Positions 1-8,895 are shown, counted from the stretch's first letter. The stretch is DNA of 16,243 bases from Fidelibacterota bacterium (GCA_046861385.1 JBHHTW010000042.1:1-16243), one strand, 5' to 3'. A program made the numbers and translations. The notes: a model not told the origin generated them from the letters alone.

Positions 1-305
1 CCTTCGATGAAAAAATAAATATCATGATCCTCATAATCTGCGGCTAACACATTCAGGGCTAAAAAGGCGTCTTCGTCCGACACAATTTGAGAACCACCAC
101 CGGCATCATTACGAATTATATGAACATTGACACGAATAATAACATCTTCCCAATCATTAATAAAATCTCTGCAATCACGTGGAAAAACTCCTTCTTGAAA
201 ATCTGATTCACAAAATGACTCTTCCGAATTGAGGGAGGTTAGAGGGAACATAAGTAATAAAAATGATAATATGTATACCCGATAGTTTCGAAAATAGTAA
301 TCCAT
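1..305 (-). CDS. Partial (3'-truncated by window edge) secreted protein, probably an M43 (pappalysin/ulilysin-like) zinc metallopeptidase N-terminus
   Basis: Manual translation from ATG at 305 (SD AGGAGA at 316-311, 5 nt spacing) is open to the window edge: MDYYFRNYRVYILSFLLLMFPLTSLNSEESFCESDFQEGVFPRDCRDFINDWEDVIIRVNVHIIRNDAGGGSQIVSDEDAFLALNVLAADYEDHDIYFFIEG. It has a signal-peptide-like N-terminus, and IRVNVHII...VSDEDA...NVLAADY...IYF resembles the M43 pattern IPVxxHVI...ISD...LNxDF. The HExxH site would lie outside the window. Confidence 0.65.
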   Translation of the reverse strand, partial: MDYYFRNYRVYILSFLLLMFPLTSLNSEESFCESDFQEGVFPRDCRDFINDWEDVIIRVNVHIIRNDAGGGSQIVSDEDAFLALNVLAADYEDHDIYFFIE

Positions 306-393
306 AACATTCTCCTTACTTTTATTATTTAAAAAAAATAGTAGTTACATACTAGTAAAACAAAGTTACAAGCTTTTTATTAATTTAACAATA

Positions 394-403
394 GCAATGG
401 TTT
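394..403 (+). repeat. Left target-site duplication (GCAATGGTTT)
   Basis: Identical 10-mer at 1879-1888 on the other side of the IS. Confidence 0.75.
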
Positions 404-511
404 TTTTTGACACCCCCCATAATTTTTAGACATAGATACCAAAGATATAGAGGTTTTACATCGAGAGGTTAATGAAAGAGAATGCATACAAATATTGGAA
501 AAAATAAACTT

Positions 512-569
512 AGGCTTTCTCCAATAATGTTAATAATATTTATTGAAACAAACACAAAGGAGAAAGCCT
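512..569 (+). promoter_or_regulatory. Inverted repeat able to sequester the transposase Shine-Dalgarno
   Basis: AGGCTTTCTCC (512-522) is the perfect reverse complement of GGAGAAAGCCT (559-569), which contains the GGAG SD and ends 1 nt before the ATG at 571. Confidence 0.7.
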
Positions 570-570
570 G

Positions 571-1859
571 ATGAATACTACAATAGCAACGAGAGCAATC
601 CAATCAAAACTTTCACGATATACACATCGTTTAAATTATCATTTTTCTAAATCAAAAGTAAAGTTTATCCATCAAATGATATTTGGTATGCTGGCTTCAG
701 GAAAGGTTTATCTTTCAGAAATAGGGCGTTCTTTAGGTGAATCTATTACGTTGAAGAAGACAACGGGAAGGCTGTCCCGTCATTTAGGACAAGCAGGGTT
801 AGCGGATGAACTGATGGAAGCAAATTTGTCTCTGCAGAAACGAAATCTTTATCAGTGTAATTATTTGATTTGGGATGGCAGTGACATCGAGAAAGTTTAT
901 GCACAGAAGATGGAAGGATTAGCTCATGTATGGAATGGATCTGAAAAGAAAACAACAAATGGTTTCTGGTGGTCAAATATTATAGGCATCAAAGATGATG
1001 GACGTTCAATCATACCGGCGTATTCCGAGTTATATAGCCTTGACGAAGAAAGCAGTAGTGAAAACCAGAAGATACTCAAAGGAATTAAAGCAGTGCATCC
1101 GATGTGTCGTAAGGATGTTATTACTGTTTTTGACCGTGGCTGTGACAGGCGAATACTCTATGAACCATTTCTGGATGAGAACATCTATTTCATTACCCGG
1201 TTAAAAAAGAAACGTGATATTTTATATAAAGGAAAACGCCAAAATGTACACCGTTTAGCAAGTAAGATAGACAAATCGTTTACAATAAAGGGAGTATCTA
1301 AAAAAAATAATCGTTTGGTTACTCGCACATATCAGGGTGGGGCGTGTCGTGTGGCTTGCCTTATGAAAAAGATGACCGTCCTTACAAAGGGAATTTGTTA
1401 TGGCTGATCAGTCTGCACAGGCAAGGCGGCGGATTCAGCTTTTTCCTTGCCTATCTGCCGGAGAATAGCCAAACACCTGAAGATGCGTTAAAGAACGTGT
1501 TTGAGGGATACGGTCATCGATGGAAAATTGAAGAAGTCCATCGCCAAATCAAACAAGACTTCCATTTAGAGAAAATCTGTGTTAGACGATACGAAGCACT
1601 GAAGAACTTTATTGCACTGGTCTTTGTGATGGCGGGTTTTCTCTTTACAAAATTGAAACCGTTTGGATACAATATGAATTTATTGAGCCGCTTAAATCTT
1701 CTGTATCGAAGAAAAGTAGAAGAAATATCAGGCTTTATTTACTATAAATTGGCTGCGATTGCCCATATCTGTCTGTCTGGAACAAGAAAAAACCGAAAAA
1801 GACATCACTGTAAAGCTGTTAATTCCTTACAATTAATCTTAAATCTGGACGCGTTTTAA
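571..1859 (+). pseudogene. IS4-superfamily DDE transposase split by a -1 frameshift (ORFs 571..1407 and 1344..1859; ~429 aa if joined)
   Basis: Catalytic motifs LIWDGSDIEK (D1) and VFDRGCD (D2) lie in ORF1. The YREK signature YGHRWKIEEVHRQIKQ (E) lies in ORF2, which is in the -1 frame. The two frames are both open over 1311-1407. Confidence 0.85.
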
Positions 1860-1878
1860 AAAAAATGGGGGGTATCCT

Positions 1879-1888
1879 GCAATGGTTT
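1879..1888 (+). repeat. Right target-site duplication (GCAATGGTTT)
   Basis: Matches 394-403. Confidence 0.75.
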
Positions 1889-2121
1889 AGTGCACAATTT
1901 AGAAAGGTATGAATTTCAAATGTATTCATTTTAAAAATTTTCCCCACTCGGAAAATTACGCCGCAGCTTTTCCAATTCCTCAATTTTAGATTAAAATTAA
2001 CACGATTCAAAACATATACAATTACTGTCACTCTAACAATATCAACTGAGTCCGAACCACCCGGGCAATAAAATAGCGCGCGATATTAACGTTTATCGTC
2101 GAATCTTTGCAAGGTTTAAAC

Positions 2122-2151
2122 TTGTATACCCGTACCAATATTCCCTATTTT
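2122..2151 (+). promoter_or_regulatory. Possible sigma70-type promoter for the smpB operon
   Basis: TTGTAT (2122-2127), 18 nt spacer, TATTTT (2146-2151), 19 nt upstream of the smpB ATG. Weak match in AT-rich DNA. Confidence 0.3.
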
Positions 2152-2170
2152 ACCCGTCAATTTTCTTCAT

Positions 2171-2626
2171 ATGGATATTAAAGTTGTTGCACGGAATAAA
2201 AAGGCCTTTCACGATTATCATATACTTGATCGTTTTGAGGCAGGAATCGAACTGGTTGGCAGTGAGGTGAAAAGCTTGCGCGAAGGAAAGGCGAATCTTA
2301 AAGAATCATATGTGATTGTGAAAGATGGTGAAGCGCACTTAATGGGTATGCATATAGGTGCATACTCACACACAGGTTATTCCGGCCACGAGCCTTTGAG
2401 AAAACGGCGGTTACTGCTACATAAACGAGAAATACAAAAACTATATAAGAGTTTTGCCCAGAAAGGGCATACCATAGTTCCATTAGAGATTTATTTTAAT
2501 GAAAAAGGAAAAGCAAAAGTTGAGATTTCTCTCGTTAAAGGGAAACGTCAATATGCTAAAAAAGAAGTTATTAAAGAACGGGATATTAAACGAGACACTG
2601 AAAGAGAGATGAGTAGGAGAAGATGA
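2171..2626 (+). CDS. smpB: SsrA-binding protein SmpB
   Basis: NKKAFHDYHILDRFEAGIELVGSEVKSLR, RKRRLLLHKREI, GHTIVPLEIYF and KVEISLVKGK are typical SmpB motifs; 151 aa. Confidence 0.98.
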   Translation: MDIKVVARNKKAFHDYHILDRFEAGIELVGSEVKSLREGKANLKESYVIVKDGEAHLMGMHIGAYSHTGYSGHEPLRKRRLLLHKREIQKLYKSFAQKGHTIVPLEIYFNEKGKAKVEISLVKGKRQYAKKEVIKERDIKRDTEREMSRRR

Positions 2627-3828
2627 GTTTTATTTCCGTTGATAAACAAATTGAATTGATAAAAAGGGGAGTGAAGGAAATCATTCCTGAAAAAGAAATG
2701 ATCGGCAAGTTAAAACGGTCATTAGATGAGGATAAACCACTCATAATAAAATTAGGATGTGACCCAAGCCGCCCTGATCTCCACATTGGGCATGGCGTCG
2801 TATTGCGTAAAATGCGTCATTTTCAAGATTTAGGACATCAAGCAGTTCTGGTTATAGGCGATTTTACCGCTATGATAGGTGATCCGTCAGGTCGAAATAA
2901 AACAAGACCCAATCTCACTTTGGAAGAGGCGAGAGCCAATGCAGAATCGTTTGTGGATCAAGCAAAAGTAATACTTGATATAGAAACGCTTAAAATTGTA
3001 TATAATAGCGATTGGCTAAATAAAATGATTTTTAGTGATGTGGTTGAATTAGCCAGTAATTATACCGTCGCCCGAATGCTGGAACGGGATGATTTTACGA
3101 AACGATATCAATCGGAAATACCCATTTCATTACACGAATTTTTATATCCATTAGCTCAGGGGATGGATTCTGTTGAATTGAGAGCGGATGTTGAGCTGGG
3201 AGGTACGGATCAGAAATTTAATCTTCTTGTTGGACGAGATTTACAGCGTGAATATGGACAGGAACCTCAGTGCATTATCACTATGCCGTTACTGGAAGGT
3301 ACAGATGGGGTAGAAAAAATGTCCAAATCTTATGGAAACCATATCGGCTTAATGGATTCTCCGGAAGATAAATATGGAAAAATAATGTCGATTTCTGATG
3401 AAATGATCACCAAATATTTCCTATTAGCGGTCGATGCAAACCAAGAAAAAGTTAAGATTATCGAGAAGCAGTTGTCCAACAAAAATACAAATCCAAGAGA
3501 TGTAAAGCGAGAGTTGGCGAGATTATTAGTCGAACTCTATCATGATAAGGAAGCTGCAAAAAAAGCCGAAAACCATTTCGATAATGTGATTGTAAGCAAA
3601 AATGTTCCCGATGAGGTAGACGAGTATATTATTAAAGAAACAACGTCACTCGTGGATATCATAGCGAATTCAGGCTTAACAAAGAGCAAGGGTGAAGCAC
3701 GCAGATTGATGAAACAAAATGCTGTGAAAATAGATGGAAAAACCTGTGATAATATTAATCAAACGATTAACCCTGGAGATAATAAGGTGATTAAAGTTGG
3801 TAAACGACGATTCTTGAAGGTAAAATAA
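2623..3828 (+). CDS. tyrS: Tyrosine--tRNA ligase
   Basis: KLGCDPSRPDLHIGH (HIGH), IGDFTAMIGDPSGR, ELGGTDQKFNL, KMSKS, and a C-terminal S4-like domain (SKGEARRL...KVGKRRF). ATGA overlap with smpB. Confidence 0.98.
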   Translation: MSFISVDKQIELIKRGVKEIIPEKEMIGKLKRSLDEDKPLIIKLGCDPSRPDLHIGHGVVLRKMRHFQDLGHQAVLVIGDFTAMIGDPSGRNKTRPNLTLEEARANAESFVDQAKVILDIETLKIVYNSDWLNKMIFSDVVELASNYTVARMLERDDFTKRYQSEIPISLHEFLYPLAQGMDSVELRADVELGGTDQKFNLLVGRDLQREYGQEPQCIITMPLLEGTDGVEKMSKSYGNHIGLMDSPEDKYGKIMSISDEMITKYFLLAVDANQEKVKIIEKQLSNKNTNPRDVKRELARLLVELYHDKEAAKKAENHFDNVIVSKNVPDEVDEYIIKETTSLVDIIANSGLTKSKGEARRLMKQNAVKIDGKTCDNINQTINPGDNKVIKVGKRRFLKVK

Positions 3829-5429
3829 TGAAAAAGCAGTTATGGCTGCCACTGGCAGTCCTTTTATCATGGGGGTGTTATGGAAGTCCGTTCCCTGATA
3901 AACCAAAATTAATTATTTATATTGTAATCGACCAATTGCCGGGAGAGCTGTTTCAGAGAATTGAAAGTGAATTTACAGGAGGATTCAAGTGGCTTTTGGA
4001 TCATGGTATTGAATTTCGGAACACTCATCATGAACATGGGTATACCGTAACGGGGGTTGGGCATTTTGTTCTAGGTTCGGGCAGATATCCCGGACCGGCC
4101 GGTGTATTGGGAAATTCCTGGTACAGCCGTGAATTAAGAAAATCGATTTATTGTGTAGAAGATTCGTTAGCAATATCTATAGGCGGAGAAGGAAAGGGCA
4201 GATCATATAGGCAAACACGCGCAACTGCAGTTGGCGACTGGATGAAAAAGGCAGACTCAAAATCAAAAGTGTTTACAGTGGCAGGTAAAGACAGGTCGGC
4301 CGTATTATTAGGCGGAAAGAATCCTGACTTGGCTATTTATTATAATTATGATGGATCTTTTATTTCGTCTGATTATTATGCGAATCAATTGCCGGAATGG
4401 TTAGTTGACTTCAACCAAAATTTAAACTTTTTGACCTACCGCGATTCGGTTTGGGATCATTTTGCTCCTCCCGAATTTTATCAAGAATTCGGAACCGTCG
4501 ACAATTTTATCGGCGAATATGATTTATTTGACAACGATCCATATTCTCCAACATTACCGATTAGCATGAAAAATAAATCACCTGAAGAGGTGAACAATAC
4601 CATCGCAGCAACTCCTTGGTTTGACAGAATTGTTTTGGACTTGGCAGAACGAACTATAAACAATGAACAACTTGGAGAAGATCACCATACTGATTTATTA
4701 TGTATCGGATTATCAGCAGCTGATTGGATCGGGCATAATAACGGACCTCATTCTCATGAAATATTAGATTATTACATGAGGATAGATAAAAATTTAATGA
4801 AATTTATTCATCAAGTTGATCTGGAAATCGGGCTGGAAAATGTGATGTTTGTATTGAGTTCCGACCATGGGACGATGCCTCTACCGGAATATTTACAAGA
4901 AAAAGGAATCGATGCAGGCCGTCTTAATACTCATGTATCCAGAGAAAGAATCGATAATATTACCCATAAAACCAATAATGAGATTATGTATGAAGCTGGT
5001 GGCTTTTATTTTCCTGAAGAATATAGTGAAAAACAGAAAAAGGCTGGGTTGGAAATCATTGAGACTGAACTTAAAGATATGAAAGGGATTGAAAGATTTA
5101 TTACAAAAAAAGAAATATTAAATATGGATGGATTGAATTCTTTCGAAAGACGAATGAAGAATATGATCCATCCGGAAAAAAGCGCCGATGTTTTTATTTT
5201 AATGAAGGAAAATTATTGTTATAAATATCCTTATGGTACCAGTCATGGGACTCCATATGACTACGATACTTACGTACCATTGGTTTTTTCAAATATTCAG
5301 ATGGAACCCCAAAAGGTGGAACGACCAATCGCTACTGTCGATATTGCTCCATCCATTGCATCCCTATTAAATATACCAATTCCGAATGAGGTTGATGGAA
5401 AAACGATATTTGAAATTTCCAACAAATGA
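3828..5429 (+). CDS. Alkaline phosphatase superfamily protein, PafA-like (possibly lipoprotein)
   Basis: PKLIIYIVIDQL (metal Asp), YTVTGVGH (Thr nucleophile), KDRSA, DWIGHNNGP, SSDHG, SHGTPYDYDTYVPL, VDIAPSIA. N-terminal signal with possible lipobox LSWG|C. Confidence 0.9.
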   Translation: MKKQLWLPLAVLLSWGCYGSPFPDKPKLIIYIVIDQLPGELFQRIESEFTGGFKWLLDHGIEFRNTHHEHGYTVTGVGHFVLGSGRYPGPAGVLGNSWYSRELRKSIYCVEDSLAISIGGEGKGRSYRQTRATAVGDWMKKADSKSKVFTVAGKDRSAVLLGGKNPDLAIYYNYDGSFISSDYYANQLPEWLVDFNQNLNFLTYRDSVWDHFAPPEFYQEFGTVDNFIGEYDLFDNDPYSPTLPISMKNKSPEEVNNTIAATPWFDRIVLDLAERTINNEQLGEDHHTDLLCIGLSAADWIGHNNGPHSHEILDYYMRIDKNLMKFIHQVDLEIGLENVMFVLSSDHGTMPLPEYLQEKGIDAGRLNTHVSRERIDNITHKTNNEIMYEAGGFYFPEEYSEKQKKAGLEIIETELKDMKGIERFITKKEILNMDGLNSFERRMKNMIHPEKSADVFILMKENYCYKYPYGTSHGTPYDYDTYVPLVFSNIQMEPQKVERPIATVDIAPSIASLLNIPIPNEVDGKTIFEISNK

Positions 5430-6310
5430 AGCTAAATCGTATAAGCAAATCATTTGAAAATGTGAAAGCGGTTGATGAAGTATCTTTCAATATAGAAAAA
5501 GGTGAAATGTATGGGCTTCTAGGCCCAAATGGTGCCGGAAAAACTACTATTATCCGAATGATGATGGGAATTCTTGAGCCGGACGAAGGTGAAATTATTT
5601 TGGATGACCATCCCATCCAAAGACACGACCGGAGAAAATTTGGGTATTTGCCGGAGGAGCGAGGATTATATCAAAATCAAAAATTAAAAGAATCCCTCAT
5701 GTATTTTGGCCGTCTTCGCGGCGGAAATGATAAAAAAATATCTGATGAAATCGATAAATGGCTTAATCGATTTGGTTTCGCAGAGTCAGCACATAAAAAA
5801 ATTAAAGAATTGTCAAAGGGAAATCAGCAAAAAATACAGTTCATTTTAGCGTTGCTTCATTATCCTGAATTTGTGATTCTCGATGAACCATTTACCGGTT
5901 TGGATCCCATAAATCAACTATTGTTAAAAGAAATAATAAAAGAAAAAAACCAGGAGGGAGTCACCGTGATATTTTCCACGCACCAAATGGAGCAGGTTGA
6001 GCGTCTTTGTTCAAATATTTGCTTAATTGATCGGGGAAAAGTAATCGTTAACGGACCATTATCGAACATTAAAGAAAAACATGGGAATAATACAATTACT
6101 GTAAAATATGAAGGGACTTTAACAAAAGCTGAAGTCAGTAATTTTATTCCGGATCCAATCATAGAAAATGATGAGCTATCCGGTGAGTTACAAGGTTCAT
6201 CGCAAGATTTTATCCATTGGCTGAACGAAAAGGTATCGATTCATTCTTTCGAAAAAAGTACACCATCTTTAGAGCAAATCTTTATTGAAGAAGTGCGTGG
6301 TGTATCTTGA
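5426..6310 (+). CDS. ABC-2 type exporter ATP-binding subunit (YhaQ/NatA-like)
   Basis: Walker A GPNGAGKT, GYLPEERGLY, signature LSKGNQQK, Walker B ILDEPFTGLDP, H-loop FSTH, C-terminal PSLEQIF. Confidence 0.95.
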   Translation: MKLNRISKSFENVKAVDEVSFNIEKGEMYGLLGPNGAGKTTIIRMMMGILEPDEGEIILDDHPIQRHDRRKFGYLPEERGLYQNQKLKESLMYFGRLRGGNDKKISDEIDKWLNRFGFAESAHKKIKELSKGNQQKIQFILALLHYPEFVILDEPFTGLDPINQLLLKEIIKEKNQEGVTVIFSTHQMEQVERLCSNICLIDRGKVIVNGPLSNIKEKHGNNTITVKYEGTLTKAEVSNFIPDPIIENDELSGELQGSSQDFIHWLNEKVSIHSFEKSTPSLEQIFIEEVRGVS

Positions 6311-7524
6311 AAAGAGTATTCCATATTTTGAAATGGGAGTTTGTTGTACGATTGCGCTCTAAGATCTTCCTTATTTCCTTATTAATGCCTTTGTTAATAA
6401 TCAGTATCAGTGTTATCCCTTCATTACTGATGGATAAGGGGACAGATGAAATAATTCACTTGGGAATTGTGGATCAAACTTCCCTTATCAGTCAAAGTTT
6501 TAAAAAGAATCTTCTGGATAAATATTTCATCGAAAGCGGCAGATCAAAATATTGGGTTACAAATTACAAAAATAAAAATGATGCTAAAACTGCCCTTCAG
6601 GAAAAATCAATCGACGCAATCATGATCATTCCGGATGATATATTGGCTTCGTCCAATGCAACTTATTTCGCAAAATCGATAAGCAATTTTATTATGATAA
6701 AGGAGTTAAATCAGACTCTTTCAGAAACGGTTATCTCAAAAAGAATAGCCGACAAAGGTATAGACGCTGATCTCGCTCATGAACTCGGACGTCGAGTTAA
6801 CATGGCATTGTTTGAAGTTAATAAAAAAGGGGAAGTTACGGAGGGGAATGAATTGATGGTGTTATTGGGTCCATTTTTCTTTGTATTCCTCTTGGCGATG
6901 GCAGTTTTTATTAACGGACAATTACTTTTGCGCAGTGTGATGGAAGAACGGACTAATCGAATGATTGAAATGTTATTATCAACCGTATCTCCGAAAGAAA
7001 TTATGTTTGGGAAAATTTTAGGTTTGGGTTCTCTCGGATTGGTACAGATTACTGTTTATGTTTTAATGGGTATTGGATTTGGATTATATAAGGGATTCGA
7101 AGTGGTACAAATGAATGAATTACCGGTCCTTTTTGGGTATTTCATTACTGGATATTTTTTCTTCGCTTCCATTTATGCCACGGTAGGAACTTTGTTCGAC
7201 ACGGAGCAGGATGCTCAGCAATCCATGAGTATTATCAGTATTATCGCTATGATTCCTGTGATTGGATCGTTTTATTTTATGGCAAACCCTAACGCGCTCA
7301 TCACTAAAGTATTATCTTTTTTTCCACCCATGACGCCGTTTATGATGATACTACGCATTGGAATTGAGGCTGCTGAGACATGGGAGATAATCCTCACCTT
7401 ATTGATCATGATTACATGTATTTGGATTATGATGCACCTGGCGGGCAAGATATTTAAAACAAGTTTATTAATGTTTGGAAAAAGAGCAACCTTTCCTGAA
7501 ATCTGGAAATGGCTTAAGGCCTAA
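6307..7524 (+). CDS. ABC-2 type exporter permease (YhaP/NatB-like)
   Basis: N-terminal TM, large extracytoplasmic loop, SVMEERTNRMIEMLLS...MFGKILG motif and several C-terminal TM helices. TTG start overlaps the ATPase stop (TTGA). Confidence 0.92.
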   Translation: MKRVFHILKWEFVVRLRSKIFLISLLMPLLIISISVIPSLLMDKGTDEIIHLGIVDQTSLISQSFKKNLLDKYFIESGRSKYWVTNYKNKNDAKTALQEKSIDAIMIIPDDILASSNATYFAKSISNFIMIKELNQTLSETVISKRIADKGIDADLAHELGRRVNMALFEVNKKGEVTEGNELMVLLGPFFFVFLLAMAVFINGQLLLRSVMEERTNRMIEMLLSTVSPKEIMFGKILGLGSLGLVQITVYVLMGIGFGLYKGFEVVQMNELPVLFGYFITGYFFFASIYATVGTLFDTEQDAQQSMSIISIIAMIPVIGSFYFMANPNALITKVLSFFPPMTPFMMILRIGIEAAETWEIILTLLIMITCIWIMMHLAGKIFKTSLLMFGKRATFPEIWKWLKA

Positions 7525-7618
7525 TGAAAAATTTCTAAAATTTTATTCAATCACATTTTATAATTGCTCTAAATTGAAGAGCTAATTTTGAATGTATTTT
7601 GAGCCAATAGGAGTAAAA

Positions 7619-7945
7619 ATGACAGAAAATATGTACGAGTTTACCGATTCAAATTTTGATGCAGAGGTTGTAAAATCTGAAAAGCCAGTGTTGGTAGACT
7701 TTTGGGCTGAATGGTGCGGTCCCTGCAAGATGATAGGCCCCATAGTGGAAGAGATTGCAGGGGAATATAATGGTAAAGTAAAAGTAGGTAAAGTGAACGT
7801 TGATCTCAATAATCAAATTGCGATGCAATATCGCATTACCAGTATCCCCAATCTGCTTATTTTCAATAAAGGTGGGGTGGTTGACTCAATTATTGGGGCA
7901 GTCCCTAAGCAGGAAATAACAAAGCGCTTAGACGCAATTCTATAA
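7619..7945 (+). CDS. trxA: Thioredoxin
   Basis: PVLVDFWAEWCGPCKMI. Start moved from 7592 to the in-frame ATG at 7619, which follows an AGGAG SD and gives a typical ~108 aa protein. Confidence 0.97.
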   Translation: MTENMYEFTDSNFDAEVVKSEKPVLVDFWAEWCGPCKMIGPIVEEIAGEYNGKVKVGKVNVDLNNQIAMQYRITSIPNLLIFNKGGVVDSIIGAVPKQEITKRLDAIL

Positions 7946-7962
7946 ATTTAATAGTATAAATC

Positions 7963-8895
7963 ATGAATCGTAAGGTCATTATCATCGGATCCGGGCCTGC
8001 GGGATTGACCGCAGCCATTTATGCGGCTAGAGCAAATCTTCAACCCCTTGTATTTGAGGGTAGTCAACCCGGCGGACAGCTGACGATCACGACGGATGTA
8101 GAAAATTATCCTGGGTTTCCCGATGGAATTATGGGTCCGGAATTAATGGATCTATTTCGCAAACAAGCACAGCGATTTGGCGCAGAATGTCACTTTAAAC
8201 ATGTATCAAATGTGGATTTTGACAGTCGTCCCTTCACTATTTGGGTTGGTGATGAGAAATACACTTCAGAGAGTGTGATTATCGCCACTGGGGCAACAGC
8301 ACGGCTATTGGGCCTCGAGTCAGAATCAAAACTAATGGGACATGGTGTTTCAGCTTGTGCAACTTGCGACGGTTTTTTCTTTAAAAATAAAAAAGTACTC
8401 GTTGTTGGTGGTGGAGATTCCGCAGTTGAAGAAGCGAATTTTTTAACAAAATTTGCCTCTGAAGTTCATATTATTCATAGACGGGATGAACTGCGCGCTT
8501 CCAAAATAATGCGGCAGCGTGCACTTGATAATCCGAAAATCAACATTAGATGGAACTCGGTCATAACAGACATTCACGGGTCCGTTGAAACCGGAGTAAA
8601 AAGCGTAACATTAAAAGATACAGTCACAAATGAAACGAAAGAAGAGAAATGTGATGGTATTTTCATGGCCATTGGTCATTTCCCAAATACAAGTTTATTT
8701 GAGGAAAAAATACACTTAGATCAAAAAAAATATATCGTTACAAAAAATCAAAGTTCGGCTACTAATATAGAAGGAGTTTTTGCCTGTGGCGATGTTCAAG
8801 ACCATTATTATCGCCAGGCGATTACAGCTGCCGGAAGTGGTTGTATGGCGGCCATCGACGCTGAACGGTATTTAGAAGAAAAAACTCTTATTTAG
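7963..8895 (+). CDS. trxB: Thioredoxin-disulfide reductase
   Basis: IIGSGPAGLTAAIY, GGQLTITTDVENYPGF, GVSACATCDG, GGGDSAVEEA, HRRD, GVFACGDV, YRQAITAAGSG. Confidence 0.98.
   Translation: MNRKVIIIGSGPAGLTAAIYAARANLQPLVFEGSQPGGQLTITTDVENYPGFPDGIMGPELMDLFRKQAQRFGAECHFKHVSNVDFDSRPFTIWVGDEKYTSESVIIATGATARLLGLESESKLMGHGVSACATCDGFFFKNKKVLVVGGGDSAVEEANFLTKFASEVHIIHRRDELRASKIMRQRALDNPKINIRWNSVITDIHGSVETGVKSVTLKDTVTNETKEEKCDGIFMAIGHFPNTSLFEEKIHLDQKKYIVTKNQSSATNIEGVFACGDVQDHYYRQAITAAGSGCMAAIDAERYLEEKTLI

Larger units (their letters stand above)
404..1879 (+). mobile_element. IS4-superfamily (IS4/IS701/ISH3-like) insertion sequence, ~1.47 kb
   Basis: Inverted repeat cores GACACCCCCCAT (409-420) and ATGGGGGGTATC (1865-1876) match 11/12. 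Direct repeat GCAATGGTTT at 394-403 and 1879-1888 is a probable target-site duplication. The element encloses a DDE transposase. Ends are uncertain by 1-3 bp. Confidence 0.85.

Noticed and set aside
746-1204. ORFs 746..976 (-) and 995..1204 (+)
   Set aside because: Shadow frames inside the transposase with no recognisable motifs.
1300-1310. A8 run as the transposase slippage site
   Set aside because: The -1 frame has TAA at 1308-1310 immediately after the run, so a shift there terminates.
1819-2031. 70-aa minus-strand ORF
   Set aside because: It crosses the IS right end and TSD, so it is a chimeric chance frame with no SD or motif.
1889-2170. tmRNA (ssrA) or tRNA upstream of smpB
   Set aside because: No GGGG...TTCGA...CCA tRNA-like ends are visible; only a small hairpin AATTTTCC-N6-GGAAAATT at 1936-1957.
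2298-6162. Short alternative ORFs 2298..2483, 2586..2786, 3676..3906, 3985..4173, 4481..4663, 4867..5082, 5332..5616, 5914..6162
   Set aside because: All overlap well-supported genes; for example VVFPAPFGP in 5332..5616 is the usual antisense image of an ABC Walker A.
7582-7809. 75-aa ORF antisense to trxA
   Set aside because: Typical antisense mirror of thioredoxin (LQGPHHSAQKST opposite WCGPC).
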